Part shown: in pieces, positions 9,984 through 20,323 of the stretch
How the letters are laid out: the number at the start of each line of letters is the position of its first letter
Position numbering within the stretch: position 1 is the stretch's first letter
From: an uncultured Planctomycetota bacterium
GTDB lineage: Bacteria > Planctomycetota > Planctomycetia > Isosphaerales > Isosphaeraceae
Assembly (NCBI GenBank): GCA_963737655.1
Contig: CAVTTN010000002.1
Location: 2,560,001 to 2,624,000 of the forward strand
Direction of reading: 5' to 3'
DNA length: 64,000 bases
Position numbers and translations under genes: made by a program
Notes under the pieces: model-generated
Seen by the model: only the letters and a program-made list of their open reading frames with translations
Told to the model about the DNA's origin: nothing
Databases searched by the model: none

Positions 9984-11100
9984 GGCGGACGAACTGGTTG
10001 CCGGGGACCCGGCGGATCAATCGGCGCATCTCCAGGACGCTCAGCGTCGCCATCACTTGCGAGGCGGTCAAGCCGGTCCGGGAGATGACCTCGTCGGCGG
10101 CCCGAGGGAGGTCGTCGAGCAGGCCGAGGAGGTTGCGTTCGAGGTCCGAGAGGACGAGCTCGGCCGGGTGGCGGACCGGAGGCGCCCCGTCGGTCGGCTT
10201 GACCTCGCGGACGAGCGGGCCGAGCTCTTCGAGGATGTCGTCCACCGATTCGACCAGGCGGGCCCCGTCGCGGATCAGCGCGTGGCAGCCGCGGCTCGCC
10301 AGGCTGTCGATCGGCCCCGGGACGGCGAAGACCTCGCGATTCTGCTCGGTCGCGTGCCGGGCCGTGACCAGGGACCCGCTCTTGGGGCTGGCCTCGACGA
10401 TCACCACGCCGAGGCACAATCCGCTGATGATCCGGTTGCGGCGGGGGAAGAGCTCGGCCAGGGGCCCCTGGCGCATCGGCATCTCCGAGACCACGGCGCC
10501 GGCCGCGGCGATCTCCTCGGCCAGCCCTTCGTGCTCGGGCGGGTAGATCTCCGAGAGGCCGCCGGCCGTGACGGCGATGGTCCGGCCCCCGGCCTTCAGG
10601 GCGCCTCGGTGGGCCGCCGCGTCGATCCCCCGGGCCAGCCCGGAGACGACCGTCAGGCCCACCCTCGCCAGCGATCCGGCGAGCCTCTCGGCCACGCGAA
10701 CGCCATACGGAGTCGATTTCCTCGAGCCCACCAGCGCCACGGCCAGGCCGTCCTCCGGCCGGATCTCCCCCTTCACGTAGAGGAGCATCGGCGGGTCGGG
10801 GATGTCCAGGAGCCGGGGAGGGAACTCGGGATGGTCGCAGGGAATGGGGCGGACGCCATGCTGGCGGCACTCGGCGATCTCGGAGGCGGGGTTGAAGTCC
10901 TTCCGGGCCGTCGCGATCTTCCCGGCGAGCTTCGGGCCGACCCCGGAGACCTCTCGCAACGCCGCGATCGACGCGCCGAACACCCGGCCCGGCGAGCCGA
11001 AATGGGCGATCAACGACCGGGCCGTGATCGGGCCGACGCCCGGGACCATCGTCAGGAGGATCAGGTCGTGGAGGTCCTCCGAATCCAGGTCATCCATCAC
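9979..11100 (-). CDS. dprA: DNA-processing protein DprA
   Basis: P.LLYVKG, VALVGSR, VVSGLARGIDAAAH, FPRRNRIISGL, SGSLVTA and a C-terminal winged helix. Confidence 0.95.
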   Translation of the reverse strand: MMDDLDSEDLHDLILLTMVPGVGPITARSLIAHFGSPGRVFGASIAALREVSGVGPKLAGKIATARKDFNPASEIAECRQHGVRPIPCDHPEFPPRLLDIPDPPMLLYVKGEIRPEDGLAVALVGSRKSTPYGVRVAERLAGSLARVGLTVVSGLARGIDAAAHRGALKAGGRTIAVTAGGLSEIYPPEHEGLAEEIAAAGAVVSEMPMRQGPLAELFPRRNRIISGLCLGVVIVEASPKSGSLVTARHATEQNREVFAVPGPIDSLASRGCHALIRDGARLVESVDDILEELGPLVREVKPTDGAPPVRHPAELVLSDLERNLLGLLDDLPRAADEVISRTGLTASQVMATLSVLEMRRLIRRVPGNQFVRL

Positions 11101-12229
11101 GCGAGGCCCCCATGGAATCGAGCACGCCGCGGATCGCCTCGGCCGGGGCCTCCGCCGGCTCGACCCGGCCGATCTCCCGGGGCAGGACGAACCGGATCCG
11201 CCCCCCCTGGTTCTTCTTGTCGCGGGTCATGGCGTCGAGGAGGGCGTCGGGGTCGAGCCTGGGGGCCGAGGTCGGCAGCCCGAAGCGCTCCAGGAGGGCC
11301 CGGACTCGTGACGTGACCTCCGGCCCGATCCAGCCGAGGTGCTGGGCCAGCCGGCACTCGGCCACCATCCCCACGGCCACGGCCTCGCCATGCTGGAACC
11401 CGCCGTCGTAGCCGGCCACGGCCTCGATCGCATGCCCGATCGTATGGCCGAAGTTCAAGACCGCCCGGAGGCCCGTCTCCTCCCTCTCGTCCTTCGCCAC
11501 CACCTCGGCCTTCAGCTCGCAGCTCCGGGCGATCAGGCGGACGGCCTCCGAAGGTTCGTCGCCGACGATCGACTCGGCCCGCGATTCCAGCGTTTCGAAG
11601 AACGCGGCATCCAGGATCACTCCATATTTCACCACTTCGGCCAGCCCGCAGCGCAATTCGCGAACCGGGAGCGTTTGGAGGGTCTCGACGTCGATCCAGA
11701 CGCCCATCGGCTGATGGAACGCGCCGATGAGGTTCTTGGCCTTCGGGTGATTCACGCCGACCTTGCCGCCGACGGAGCTATCGACCTGGGCCAGCAGGGT
11801 GGTGGGGACCATCAGCAGGGGCAGGCCCCGGGCGAACGTCGCCGCGACGAACCCCGCGAGGTCGCCGACGACCCCTCCTCCGATGGCCACGATCGCGAAA
11901 TGGCGGTCGGCCCGGAGCTCGATCAATCGGTCGTAGATCCTCGACGCCCGCTCCAGGGTCTTCGACGCCTCGCCGGGCGGGATGGCCTCGACCGTCGTGG
12001 CCACTCCGCTGCCTCGGAGGGCGTCGGCGAACGGCTTGACCAGCGGGGCGACGTTCTGATCGGTGACGATCAGGCCCCTCCGGCACGAACGACCGGCCCA
12101 CGTCCCATCCAGGGCCGACCGGGCGAACGGGCCGAATCGCTCGGGCGCTCCTCGGACGATCCGAACGTCGTACGAACGCTCGCCCAGGGGGACGAGCACG
12201 GAGCAGTCGGGGTCCACAGTCGCGGGCAA
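11090..12229 (-). CDS. aroB: 3-dehydroquinate synthase
   Basis: GGGVVGDLAGF, PTTLLAQVDSSVGGK, LNFGHTIGHAIE, HGEAVA; TTG start with GAGGAGG RBS. Confidence 0.96.
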   Translation of the reverse strand: MPATVDPDCSVLVPLGERSYDVRIVRGAPERFGPFARSALDGTWAGRSCRRGLIVTDQNVAPLVKPFADALRGSGVATTVEAIPPGEASKTLERASRIYDRLIELRADRHFAIVAIGGGVVGDLAGFVAATFARGLPLLMVPTTLLAQVDSSVGGKVGVNHPKAKNLIGAFHQPMGVWIDVETLQTLPVRELRCGLAEVVKYGVILDAAFFETLESRAESIVGDEPSEAVRLIARSCELKAEVVAKDEREETGLRAVLNFGHTIGHAIEAVAGYDGGFQHGEAVAVGMVAECRLAQHLGWIGPEVTSRVRALLERFGLPTSAPRLDPDALLDAMTRDKKNQGGRIRFVLPREIGRVEPAEAPAEAIRGVLDSMGASRDG

Positions 12230-12349
12230 GGGCGAGGCCTCCTCATCGTCGGCGAGGGAGGCCCGATTCTAGCGGCCGACGAGGCCGCCGGGAAGCCGGG
12301 ACGTGCCGTCGGGCCGCCCCAGATCGGGACGGCCCGACGGCTCAATCGC

Positions 12350-13810
12350 TCACTTCTGGGGCGAGGCCGAGGCGGCCGGGGCCTCCGTCGTGGCCTGAGG
12401 CGTGGCCTGGGCCGAGGCCGCCGTCTGGGCCGAATAGACCACCGGCACCATCATGCAGGTCGTGACCGGGACCTGCTTGCTCACGTAGCGGGTCTGGCAC
12501 GTCATGACCGTCACCGGCACCTGCTCGGGGACGGTGACCGGCACCTGGCGGGTGTAGGTCTCGTTGACCTGGCGGGCCTGGGGGACCATCACCGTGACCT
12601 GGAACTGCTCGGGGACGGTGACCGGCACCTGGCGGGTGTAGGTCTCGTTGACCTGGCGGGCCTGGGGGACCATCACCGTGACCTGGAACTGCTCGGGGAC
12701 GGTGACCGGCACCTGGCGGGTGTAGGTCTCGTTGACCTGGCGGGCCTGGGGGACCATCACCGTGACCTGGAACTGCTCGGGGACGGTGACCGGCACCTGG
12801 CGGGTCAGGGTCTCGGCGACCATCCGGGTCTGGACGGTCGCGACCATGTGCGTCTGCTGCTGGGGGACCATCTTCATCGTGGTCACCGGGACGTTCTCGA
12901 CCATCTGCTGGGGGACGTTCACCATCGTCTGGACCGGGACCTGACGGGTCTGCATCGTCGGGACGTACTGGGTCTCGGTCACGTTGCGGACCACCTGCTG
13001 AGGCGTCGGGGCCGACTGGGCGCTGGCCGCCGCCTGGCCGCTCGCGGTGGTCCCGGCCGCCGAGTTCACCCACTCGGCAACCTGACGGGTCACCGAGACC
13101 GGCTGATTGACCATGTACGTCTCGTTCACGTACGACGTCTGCGGGACCTGCCGGCAGACCGTGTAGGCCCTCTGCTGATAGGTCGTCTCGGGGACCGGCA
13201 CCATCACCGTGGTCGTCTGAGGGACCTGGACCGTCTCGTAAACCGGCCGATTGACGACGTAGTTCTCGCTGCGGAACTCGGTCCGGTAGCGGGTCTGGGT
13301 CTGGGTCGTCGGCACCTGCTCGACCACGGTGCGAGTCACCGGCACCTGCTCGGTGCGGAACTCGGTCCGATAGCGGGTCTGGGTCTGGGTCGTCGGTACG
13401 TTCTCGACGACCGTCCTCGTCACCGGCACCTGCTCGGTGCGGAACTCGGTCCGATAGCGGGTCTGGGTCTGGGTCGTCGGCACCTGCTCGACCACGGTGC
13501 GAGTCACCGGCACCTGCTCGGTGCGATATTCGGTCCGGTAGCGGGTCTGCATCTGAGTGACCGGGACCTGCTCGACGACCGCCTCGGTGACCGTCTGATA
13601 GGTCGTCTGGTACTGCGGGACCATCGTGACCATCGACCCGCAGTAGGAACCGACAGACCCGCACGCCGAGGCATAGGCGACGGCCGGCCCGGTCCCGGCG
13701 CAGAGGCTCATCCCCTTGCCGCACTTGTGACACGCCAGCGCCTCGCCACTCAGGGCCAGCAAGGCCAAGGGCGACGCCAGCCACATGCTCCTCTTCATCC
13801 CGATTCTCAT
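12350..13810 (-). CDS. Secreted V/T/Q/P-rich repetitive protein
   Basis: Signal peptide (ALA-C), two blocks of 28-aa repeats, Cys near both ends. Confidence 0.8.
   Translation of the reverse strand: MRIGMKRSMWLASPLALLALSGEALACHKCGKGMSLCAGTGPAVAYASACGSVGSYCGSMVTMVPQYQTTYQTVTEAVVEQVPVTQMQTRYRTEYRTEQVPVTRTVVEQVPTTQTQTRYRTEFRTEQVPVTRTVVENVPTTQTQTRYRTEFRTEQVPVTRTVVEQVPTTQTQTRYRTEFRSENYVVNRPVYETVQVPQTTTVMVPVPETTYQQRAYTVCRQVPQTSYVNETYMVNQPVSVTRQVAEWVNSAAGTTASGQAAASAQSAPTPQQVVRNVTETQYVPTMQTRQVPVQTMVNVPQQMVENVPVTTMKMVPQQQTHMVATVQTRMVAETLTRQVPVTVPEQFQVTVMVPQARQVNETYTRQVPVTVPEQFQVTVMVPQARQVNETYTRQVPVTVPEQFQVTVMVPQARQVNETYTRQVPVTVPEQVPVTVMTCQTRYVSKQVPVTTCMMVPVVYSAQTAASAQATPQATTEAPAASASPQK
12509..12804 (-). 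repeat. 84-bp tandem repeat (about 3.5 units), C-terminal arm
   Basis: Units at 12521, 12605, 12689 and 12773 encode VPVTVPEQFQVTVMVPQARQVNETYTRQ. Confidence 0.95.
13270..13580 (-). repeat. 84-bp tandem repeat (about 3.7 units), N-terminal arm
   Basis: Units at 13271, 13355, 13439 and 13523 encode RYRTEFRTEQVPVTRTVVEQVPTTQTQT. Confidence 0.93.
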
Positions 13811-14079
13811 GATGCAACCCCCGTGGATTTCCGAGAGCGCGCAGGCGATCGCGAACCACGCGGTCGCCGCGGGCCCTCCAAGTCTCGCACTTCCCCAATC
13901 TCGCGTCCCCTATGTAACGCGAACGCCCGGGAAGATTCAATCCCCGTGCCTAGAACCCCGAGAAGTAGCCTTTTTCCTATTTTGTTCTTGAGAAGATAGG
14001 GGAAATACATTAACGCCGGGTTTTCTGGGGGACGATGTAAGCCGGGTAAGCCGCCGCATTCGCGAAGAGGATTTCCTCG

Positions 14080-14616
14080 ATGATTCCAGCCAAGATCCTG
14101 GGGAAATCGCCGTCTCGGACCCTAGGCCTGATGGCGATCGCGGCGGCCCTGGGCGTCGCGGACGAGGCGAGGGGACAGGGCCCCGCGATGTCACTCGACG
14201 CGCTCACCCGAATGACACCCGCGCAGCTCGACGCCCTTTATGGGAACGCGATTGCCGGCCCGGTGCCGACCGGCCGCGTCAAGGGAAGGGCCTTGCTCCG
14301 ACCCGGGACGCGGCTGGGCCCGGCGATCTCCCGAGGGGCGGGCGTGGCGTGGCAGGGCAAGGTGTTCGAGGGGGATGGCACCTCGATCAACCGCTTCTTC
14401 GGCCTCAAGATGATCCGCGCCCGGGTCGCCCCGGGCCCGAGCTGGCGAGACGGCGCCCCGGCGACGATCCTGGACTACAGCCAGACGTCTCGCGTCTACG
14501 CGAGATATCGGGACGAGCTCCGGATGGTCGCCCCGGGCCTCTGGCTCGGCCTCATGTACGACCGATCCAATCCCCCTCAGCTCAAGATGTACTTCGCCAT
14601 CGAAGAGGCGAGGTGA
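14080..14616 (+). CDS. Conserved-looking secreted hypothetical protein
   Basis: Signal-like N-terminus; WQGKVF, DG..A.ILDY and DELR.VAPGLWLG motifs. Confidence 0.7.
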   Translation: MIPAKILGKSPSRTLGLMAIAAALGVADEARGQGPAMSLDALTRMTPAQLDALYGNAIAGPVPTGRVKGRALLRPGTRLGPAISRGAGVAWQGKVFEGDGTSINRFFGLKMIRARVAPGPSWRDGAPATILDYSQTSRVYARYRDELRMVAPGLWLGLMYDRSNPPQLKMYFAIEEAR

Positions 14617-14679
14617 GGTGAGGCGAGAGGGACCGCCGGGCGGCGGAATCGACTCCCGGCCGCGACCCCCGGGCCCTTC

Positions 14680-14764
14680 GGGTGGCATGCTTACGTCCGC
14701 GTCAGCATGACTTCGATTCGCGCCCGACCGAAGACATGCTGACGCGGACGTAAGCATGCCACCC
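14680..14764. repeat. REPIN/MITE-like inverted repeat between convergent genes
   Basis: Perfect 30-bp arms GGGTGGCATGCTTACGTCCGCGTCAGCATG (14680-14709 and 14735-14764), each with an internal CATGCT..AGCATG hairpin. Confidence 0.85.
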
Positions 14765-14836
14765 ATGAGGAGACGTGAGAGGCTTGCCGGTACGAGGACG
14801 AACGCCGATTCGATCCTCCACCGGGGGCCGAATTCC

Positions 14837-16470
14837 TCAGGAGCCGAGCCAGCCCGGCATCTCGCCGGCCTCGGGCAGCTTGATCAGGCTGACGCTGAGG
14901 ATGTCGGGGTGGGCCTGGACCTCGGCGAGGGCCTCGTCGGACGGGACCACGTCGAGGTTCACCACGCCGATCGCCTCGCCCCCCGGCTGCTTCCGACCCA
15001 CGTTCATCTGGGCGATGTTCACCCCGTGGCGGCCGAACGTGGTGCCGATGAACCCGATCAGGCCGGGGCGGTCGTAGTGGGTGAAGACCAGGATCGGCCC
15101 GTCCATGTGGGCGTCCAGCCGGTACGGGCCGATCTGCACGAGCCTCACGAACTGCTTGCCGAACAGCGTGCCCGAGGCCAGGTACGCCTTCTTCTCGGTC
15201 ACGACCTCGGACTGGATCATCGTGCCGAAGTCGCCGGTGTCGGTCGATTTCTCCTCGACCAGGGCGATCCCGCGATCCTTCAGCAGGGATTCGGCATTGA
15301 CGAGGTTGACCTGCCCTTCCAGGGCCGCCTCCATCCAGCCGGCGGCGAAGCTCGCGGTGATCAGCCGGGTATTCTTCCCGGCCACTTCGCCCCGATACCG
15401 CAAGGTGGCCTGGCGGACGGTCCCGCGGTCCATCTGGGCGTGGAGCATCCCGAGCCGACGGCCCAGGTCGAGGTAGAGCTTCAGGTCCTCGAGCTCGGCC
15501 CCGCTGAGCGACGGCATGTTCACGGCGAACCGGACCTGCCCCCGGCCGAGGAAGTCGATCAGGAGGCGAGCGGCCTCGACGGCCACCGCCACCTGGGCCT
15601 CCTCGGTCGAGGCGCCGAGGTGAGGCGTGACGATCACTCCGGGGTGCTTGATCAGAGGATGGTCGGCCGGAGGCGGCTCGGGGTCGAACACGTCGATGGC
15701 GGCGCCGGCGACCTTCCCGGCGTTCAGGGCGTCGAGCAGGGCGGCCTCGTCGATCAGCCCGCCTCGGGCGCAGTTGATGATCCGCACCCCGGGCTTCATC
15801 TTCGCCAGGGCCGCCGCGTCGATCAGGTTCCGCGTCTCGGCCGAAAGCGGTGTGTGCAGGGTGAAATAATCGCAACGGGGCCAGAGGTCATCGACGCCCG
15901 GGACGCTCTCGATGCCGAGCTCCTGCGCCCTCTCGGCCGAGAGGAAGGGGTCGAAGCCGACGACCTTCATCTCGAACCCCCGGGCCTCTGCGCCACGGCC
16001 AGGCCGACCCGTCCCAGCCCGATGATCCCCAGCGTCTTGCCTTCGAGCTGCGTCCCGGTGAACTTCGACCGCTCCCACTTGCCGGCCTTCAGGCTGTCAT
16101 TGGCCCTGGGGATGTTCCGCGAGAGGGCCAGGATCATCCCCACGGTGTGCTCGGCCGTGGAGACCGTGTTGCCCCCGGGCGTATTCATGACCACGATCCC
16201 CTGGCGGGTCGCCGAGGGGACGTCGATGTTGTCCACGCCCACCCCGGCGCGGACGATCGCCTTCAGGCGCGTCTGGCCGTCGAGGATCTCGGGCGTCAGG
16301 GTGGTCCCCGAGCGGATCACGATCCCATCGGCCTCGGCCAGGGCGGCGCGGAGGGCCGGGATGTCCCCGGCGAGCTTCGGGTTGACGACCACTTCGATCG
16401 ACGGCTCGGCCCGGAGCAGCTCCAGGCCCTCTTCGGAGAGCTTATCCGTCACCAGCACGCGATGAGGCAC
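14837..16470 (-). CDS. serA: D-3-phosphoglycerate dehydrogenase, frameshift near 15986
   Basis: RAGVGVDNID and GIIGLGRVG in one frame; INCARGG, DVF..EP, TPHLGAST and ACT domain in the next. One extra G (AGG-GCC) gives QRARGFEM. Confidence 0.93.
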
Positions 16471-16530
16471 GGTCCGAAACTCCTCGACCAACAGCACGAC
16501 TCGACGGGCACGACCCCATCTCCGAGACGG

Positions 16531-17409
16531 TCACCGTGTTCGGGCAACCTGCTCCGGGATCATACCGCGATCGAGGTCGAACGTCATGCCCCCATCGAGG
16601 GTCGAGACGCGAGGGGCCGCCGGCCCGGTCTCGGGAGGAGGGCCGTCGCCTCCGCCGGCCTCGGCGACTTTCAGGGCGGTCCCGGCCGGCGCCCGGGCGT
16701 CGATCACCACGACCTGGCCGGGGCCGAAGACCTCGAACTTCCGGCCCGAGACGATCACGGCCATCGTCTCGTCGATCCCCACGCCGATCAGGTCCGGGTG
16801 ATCGGCCACCGCGTGCGCCAGGCGAGGGGTCCGCCGGAGCTTCAGGAAGTGCTGATCGACGATCACCTCGGGCCACAAACCGAAACCCTGGCCCAGGATC
16901 GGATAATTGGCGAGGTCGCGGCCCGGGTCGTCCCCGCCCCGGGCGATCATCACTCGCGACATCGCGGAGGCGCCCGCGCTGGTGCCGCCGACGACCCCTC
17001 CGGCGTGATAGCGGCGGACGATCTCCTGGTCCAGCCCCGCGGCGGTCAGGCGGTTGACCAGGCGGACCTGATCGCCTCCGCCCATCCAGATCAGGTCGGC
17101 CCGGCGGATGGCCTCGGTCGCGGCGGCCACGTCGGCCAGGTCCAGGACCTCGACGTTCTCCGCGCCGATCTCTCGCCATCTCCGGGCGCCGACCTCGCCG
17201 GCATCGGCCAGGTTGGACGCCTGGGGGAGGACCAGGATGCGGGCCCGATCCCCTCCGGCGAGTTCCAGGGCCCGGGTCCTCAGGGCCAGCGACGATTTGC
17301 CGCCTCCCTGGATGATCAGGGTGCCCGAGGCGGGGTTGGCTGCCTCCGGAACGGGCGAGATGCCCAGTCCCAGGGCAGCCATCGAGGCCATTGTCCAGAG
17401 CGCCATCAT
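16531..17409 (-). CDS. Cyanophycinase-like peptidase S51 with signal peptide
   Basis: L.IQGGG, GGGDQ, GTSAGA (Ser), DQHF (His) and GIDE (Glu). Confidence 0.85.
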   Translation of the reverse strand: MMALWTMASMAALGLGISPVPEAANPASGTLIIQGGGKSSLALRTRALELAGGDRARILVLPQASNLADAGEVGARRWREIGAENVEVLDLADVAAATEAIRRADLIWMGGGDQVRLVNRLTAAGLDQEIVRRYHAGGVVGGTSAGASAMSRVMIARGGDDPGRDLANYPILGQGFGLWPEVIVDQHFLKLRRTPRLAHAVADHPDLIGVGIDETMAVIVSGRKFEVFGPGQVVVIDARAPAGTALKVAEAGGGDGPPPETGPAAPRVSTLDGGMTFDLDRGMIPEQVARTR

Positions 17410-17624
17410 GGGTTCTTCTCCCGGCTCAAAGGGGGCGGGGCACCTTCGATCGCTCCCGGATCGTCTCGGGGATTTGCCGGGGGAGCGGCGTCGGGTTGTC
17501 GTTCCTCGCGACCGGGACGGAGCGGGCGGACGCTCGGCTTTCTCCTTCCTCTCCTACGTAGCTTAACAGACGTATGCAAGACATGCGCCGCGAAATTCGG
17601 AGGCCGGCCTCCCGAGACCACGGA

Positions 17625-17930
17625 TCAATCCTTCCGTCCTCCCAGGATCTTGCCGACCTCCTCGGAATCCGGGGGCCGCCACGAGTCGGGGGGTGGGGCC
17701 GGAGTCGGGCCCTTCGACGAGTTGTCGAGGCGACGGAAGGCGATGCCCAAAACGATCAGGGCGAACCCGGCCGCGGCCATCAGGGCCCCGGCGGTCCGCG
17801 AGCCTCCGGGGCCTCCCGCCGCCAGGAGCAACCCGGTCGCCACAACGACCCCGCCGAGCAGGACGACCCGCCATCTCCGGGCCGCTCCGCCGAAAAGGAC
17901 GTCGAACAGGACGGTGAAGAGCGAGTCCAT
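17625..17930 (-). CDS. Small membrane protein
   Basis: ATG with a GAAGGGGGA RBS; two TM helices. Confidence 0.55.
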   Translation of the reverse strand: MDSLFTVLFDVLFGGAARRWRVVLLGGVVVATGLLLAAGGPGGSRTAGALMAAAGFALIVLGIAFRRLDNSSKGPTPAPPPDSWRPPDSEEVGKILGGRKD

Positions 17931-18614
17931 CTGTCCCCCTTCGTCGAACGACCGGATCGGCCGGGCGTGAGGTCGGCCCGTTGGCGAGGGTATCGCCGCC
18001 GAAGCCGGGCGACAATCGGCGGCGGGTCGCGAGGGTGCGAATGCCTCCGATGGGTGGGCGAGGAGGCCGATGCATCGGGTCCGCGACCGGTCCGGAAATC
18101 GGTTGAAGTCGGACCCCTGAGGGTGCCGATGATTGATCTGGTGCGATCCGCCGACTCCGGTTAAAAGAGGCCCACCGCGAGTGGACGTGATGCCTTTCGA
18201 CGTTCGAGTCGTCCTGGCCAAGAGGGCCGGGTGGTCGAGGACTCAGGAGGCGTCCGAACTTGCGGGTCCGCCCGATCGGGGGACGTGCCATGACGGTGCG
18301 TTCGCCTCGGGCGGGCGGCATCCTTTCATGATGAAGGGATGTTCGGCCCTCGATCCGAGGCCGGTCCAGGGAAGGGCCGGGGCGTCTTGCCCCCGGCGAG
18401 ATGCTCTCCTCGCACCCGCCTCCTCCTTTCGCCTGACCCCGCCCCCGACTCGCTCGGGAGCGGTCCGGTCCGCGGTCTCGCCCGCCTGGGGCGGGGCTTC
18501 CCGGAAGACCTCCTCGGCTCGAACGGCCCCCCGGCGTCCCTCGACGCCGCCCGCCTTCCCTCGGCCTCGACCGGGGGACGTCGGCTCGCCCTCGGGGAAA
18601 GGAGTCCTCCCGGC

Positions 18615-20186
18615 ATGACGACCGCCACGCTCTTCCTCGCCCTGATCGCCTCGCCGGCCGCCAACGCGCCCGAGGCCCCGGTGATCCTGGACTTCACCGC
18701 GAGCTGGTGCGGCCCCTGCCAGCAGATGAAGCCGGCCGTCGAGCTCCTGAAGAAGAACGGATACCCCGTCCGGGCCGTCGATTACGACTCGTCGAAGGCC
18801 CTCGTCCAGAAATACCGGATCACCGGCGTCCCCACCTTCGTCGTCGTCGATGCCGACGGCCGGGAGCTCGGCCGGCTCGACGGCTTCCGCCCGGCGAAGG
18901 ACATCGCCGACCTCTACCGCTCCGCCAACGCCCGGGTCAGGGCCGCGGCGAAGGACGACGGAGGCGACGACGACGTCGACCCCGACGCCGCCACCCCGCC
19001 CGGAGCCGCCCCGGTCCGCGCCGAGACCCCTTCGGAAGAGGATTCCTCCGGCCGCCGGCCTTATCCGTGGGAAACCACGGTCCGCATCAAGATCGATAAC
19101 CCGTACAGCCGCCCGGCCTCCGTCGAGTTCGGCTCGGGGACCGTGATTTACAGCTCCCCGGAAGAGACGATCATCCTCACCTGCGCCCACATCTTCCGGG
19201 TCGGCAAGGGCTCGGCGCAGCCCCGTCCCGACAAGTTCAACCTGCCGATCGAGGTCCAGCTCTTCGACGGCATCCTCCACGGCACCGAGCCGGCGAGGGT
19301 CCACTACAAGGGCGAGTCGTACCGCGGCCAGGCGATCGATTACGACTTCGTCGGCGACGTGGGGCTGATCCGCATCCGGCCCGGCAAGAGGCTGAAGGTC
19401 TCGCCCGTCGTGCCCGCGGACTGGGTCCCCCGCGAGAAGACGAGGATGACGACCGTGGGTTCCTCGGCCGGTCGCGACGCCACCGCCTGGACGACCTGGA
19501 TCACCAAAACGCGAGTCTCCGGCCTCGTCGAATACCCCAACTACGAAGCCACCGAGTGCGCCTATGCCCCGATCCCGGGACGCTCGGGAGGCGGCCTCTA
19601 CACGATCGACGGCATGGTCGCCGGGGTCTGCGACTTCGCCGAGCCGACCGGCGGACACGGCCTGTACGCCTCGCCCCGGACCATCCATAAACTGCTCGAC
19701 CGCAACAAGCTGACGGTCTGCTACGCGCCCGACTCGGCCCGGCCGAGGGAAGGGTCGGGGTCCGGGACCCTGGTGGCCCAACAGAGTCGCGGATCGGCGA
19801 CGAAGCTCCGGGCGCAGTCCGGCCCGGACATGACGCCGAAGCCCAAGAAGTTGACGATCCCCAGCCCCGAGCAACTCAACGTCCCCCCCCTGAGCGATAC
19901 GGACCGAATGGCGCGCTCTCCCCGGAGGCCCTCGCCGTGGTCGGCCGGAGGGACGGCGGTCGCGGCGACGAACGCCCGGGTCAAGCAGGTCGCCATCCCG
20001 AGGGAAGCCGACGACGAGGACGACCGGCCGATGGCCACCGACATGACCATGCTCCCCTCGATCGACACCGAGGCCATCTCCGCCCTCCCCGAAGCCGCGC
20101 CGGCCGTCGTCGAGAAGCCCGAAGCCGCCACGAAGCCCACCGCCCCCGGGACCCCGCGCAGCCCGAAGGTCTGGAAAGCCAAGTAG
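18615..20186 (+). CDS. Secreted thioredoxin-trypsin-like serine protease fusion
   Basis: Signal peptide, WCGPC, TCAHIF (His), DVGLIRI (Asp), GRSGGGL (Ser); AAGGAG RBS. Confidence 0.85.
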   Translation: MTTATLFLALIASPAANAPEAPVILDFTASWCGPCQQMKPAVELLKKNGYPVRAVDYDSSKALVQKYRITGVPTFVVVDADGRELGRLDGFRPAKDIADLYRSANARVRAAAKDDGGDDDVDPDAATPPGAAPVRAETPSEEDSSGRRPYPWETTVRIKIDNPYSRPASVEFGSGTVIYSSPEETIILTCAHIFRVGKGSAQPRPDKFNLPIEVQLFDGILHGTEPARVHYKGESYRGQAIDYDFVGDVGLIRIRPGKRLKVSPVVPADWVPREKTRMTTVGSSAGRDATAWTTWITKTRVSGLVEYPNYEATECAYAPIPGRSGGGLYTIDGMVAGVCDFAEPTGGHGLYASPRTIHKLLDRNKLTVCYAPDSARPREGSGSGTLVAQQSRGSATKLRAQSGPDMTPKPKKLTIPSPEQLNVPPLSDTDRMARSPRRPSPWSAGGTAVAATNARVKQVAIPREADDEDDRPMATDMTMLPSIDTEAISALPEAAPAVVEKPEAATKPTAPGTPRSPKVWKAK

Positions 20187-20323
20187 GGTGCATGAAATGC
20201 ACCAACAAGGCGGCGGCCGAAGGCCGCCCCCCGATCGCTCCTCGTGACGTGTCCATCGGACGGGAAACGAGGCGGTAAGCGGCCTCCGGCCGCTGCGGGT
20301 TTGGTGCATTGCATGCACCCTAC
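20183..20323. repeat. GTAG-type REP doublet (REPIN)
   Basis: GTAGGGTGCATGAAATGCACC at 20183 and inverted GGTGCATTGCATGCACCCTAC ending at 20323. Confidence 0.88.

Noticed and set aside
18100..18330. Possible cobalamin or other riboswitch (GGTTAAAAGAGG)
   Set aside because: No B12 box or consistent stems found by eye, and the downstream gene does not fit; needs an Rfam scan.
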